Positions 61,701-64,000 of a DNA stretch of 64,000 nt are shown here, one piece after another. This DNA comes from the human T2T-CHM13v2.0 reference genome, Homo sapiens. The DNA is taken from NCBI RefSeq assembly GCF_009914755.1, contig NC_060939.1; one strand, 5' to 3'. Position 1 is the stretch's first letter; each line of letters begins with the position of its first letter. The notes beneath the pieces are model-generated. The model was not told where the DNA came from. It searched no databases and saw only the letters and a list, made by a program, of their open reading frames with translations. A program made the translations under genes and the position numbers.

Positions 61701-64000
61701 TTCAACACCACCCCTGCATCTCTCTGATTCTCACTTCCTTCAGGCAGAACTTCTCAGTGTCTTAATTTTTTAAAATCTTTAACTTGATTTAAATTAATTC
61801 TTAACTTTATGAACAAAGGTAATATAATAAGCTCTTCTCCTCTTCCTCCCCTTCCTTTTTAATACCATTCTTGTTTTCACTCAGTTGCAAACACTTCTCA
61901 AAAGGGAAAAAAAACCCCATAAAGACAGCACACAGACCCTTTGTAAGTTAAAGTCTTCCAAAACTTTAGAAAACATACACAGACTACTTAATTTGGGCCA
62001 TTGGTAAGATTATAAAAATCAGCAATAATCATTCAGGCATTCAGACAAACATTTGTGCTAATTAAGCAGCCATTATCCTGTGGGGTTGAGTAACTGGGCA
62101 GATGTTTTCAGAATAAAATAGGAAAAAAGCTATTGAACCCTTAGGGATTTTTTCTTTAAAATGAACAAGAGGAGAAGTGCAGTAAAAAAAAAAATACTAT
62201 TATTATTACTTAGTCATTTGGGCATAGATTTGTATATCCTGTTGCCAAGGTGAAGGTAATAATTGAATCTATCCAAAATCTGAGTGATAGCGTAGTAAGA
62301 AATGACTCCATCTGACAGAAGAGCCAGGAGGCAAGTGATGGATACTATTGTCCAAACGTGACCCTCCATTAACACCACCTATCAGCATCTGGATCCTGTC
62401 ACTGTTTCCCATCCCAGAGCCAAGAGGGCTGCCTGGCATATTCCAAGCGTGCTTCCCTTCCAGGGGCTTCGATGCTGCGCTCAACCCCGCGTCAACTAAA
62501 TGGGTGGGAAGCCTGACCTAAACCCTGCTCTCTCTATCTCCACTCTCCTTATTACCCCTCTCCAGGCCCATTGTTTGGTAGGTGCTGGCAATTTGCTCCT
62601 TATCGCGCCTGTGTTTATGATAGCTTTTTATTAATAACAAAGAGAGAAATGGTATTAATATTAATTAACACAATAAAATGAAACTGTTTTGGGAATCCAC
62701 CAAATGAATAATCTCATCGTCTAATTGGAGCTGGAGAGAAAAGGGAGGAGGAGGGGAGGAAAGGGGAGGGGGAAGGGGGAGATACAGATGACCTACTGGG
62801 TGACAGGCACAGGTTGGAAGGGTGACATTTTATTGTAAGCCTCCCAATGAAAGGAAGAAAAGGAAGGGACCAGTCAATTTAATGCAGGGACCAAGAGTGC
62901 AAGAGTGTTGCTAAGAGACAGAGATGCTGGTAAAGTTCTATCAGAAGCACTACTCTGACCTTATGCAAATAGAGGCGGCCAACTCTTTGTGGAACGGCTG
63001 AAAATTCCACCCCCTGTGTCACCAATACCTGGCATCGAGCCTTTTATTCAAATGCTCTCTAAAAACACACACAGAGGATGTGACAAAGCATGACACATTT
63101 AGGGGCTTCAATGAAAAAAAAATGCAAAGAAAATGGGGGGGTGTGATAATAATAATAGTAATATTTTTTAAAACCCAGAAAAAAAATCTACACCAGATCT
63201 TCCTATGGAAATGTCACCCATCTTTACCTTCTGGCACTGTCATTTTCCTTTAGCAGGAAAGTAACCTAAAGATTCAGAAATTGCCCTCTCAATGCGGAAA
63301 TAGAAGCTTATTAAGACACCACAGTGGTGCTCAAAGTACTGTCATTAATTTACACCCTGAGGAGTGTGAGGAGGGGATGGTGTGAGGGTGGGTGGACAGG
63401 CGATGTGAAAGCTTGGTGCAGACTAGAGAAATTACAGCATATCCTACCCCCAAACAAAATGCGTGCGCTTTCCCTCTATTTTATCTACCCACTCTAGGGC
63501 AAGGTTACCTGCAAAAAGCCAGAGGCATGGGAACTAGTTGGCTCTCCCAGGAAGATGAATGTCCTTACAGGTAAAGTGGGAAGGCCCAATGCATCTCAGA
63601 GAGCCAGTGGCAATCGGACATCTGCTGTGGAATGGCTCCAGGCTGGCTTCCAACTGGACTAGGAGGTGGGCATGCCCATGGACGCGCCTGCCAGCTCTAG
63701 CAGAGGATGATGCCCGGCTGCCCCTCTGTGCCACAAAGTGCGTTTGGAGCTGGAAGTTGCCAAGCGCCTGACCTTGTGGCTTCACTGTACAGTCCTTGAA
63801 AGGACGGAGAGAGAAATTTAACTCCACCTCGGTTTGCCAACCTCTGGGCCACTTTAGGCAGCAAGGCTTTGGGCTTGGGCTTTGTGGACAAACACTTCTA
63901 AGTGTCCAGGCCACATTCTCTCTCTGTCCTTCCTCCCCTTTTCAATCCAAGTGAGCGTTAGTCCCTCCGCAGGATTGCACATCACATGGAAAATCCTACC

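Overview
Primate (human-like) genomic DNA with no intact protein-coding gene. The window has three parts. (1) About 1-19 kb is a chain of roughly ten CpG-island-like blocks separated by AT-rich unique sequence, with microsatellites and G4 motifs and no Alu or L1 before 17613. (2) About 19-57 kb is repeat-rich: about 26 Alu pieces (many with readable target-site duplications), L1 3' fragments, MaLR LTRs, MIR/L2 relics, a three-layer AluJ>L1PA>AluSp nest and a doubly truncated alpha-tubulin (TUBA1B-type) pseudogene. (3) About 57-64 kb is an isolated CpG island with a perfect GLI site and clustered CACGTG E-boxes, followed by repeat-free unique sequence. This layout is typical of the regulatory flank of a developmental transcription-factor gene. 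From memory only, the island spacing resembles the region downstream of NR2F2 (15q26.2); this is unverified. I found no evidence for a new protein-based system. The most promising unexplained signals are regulatory elements and possible lncRNA exons. Coordinates and counts were read by eye, and edges of old repeats and islands are approximate.
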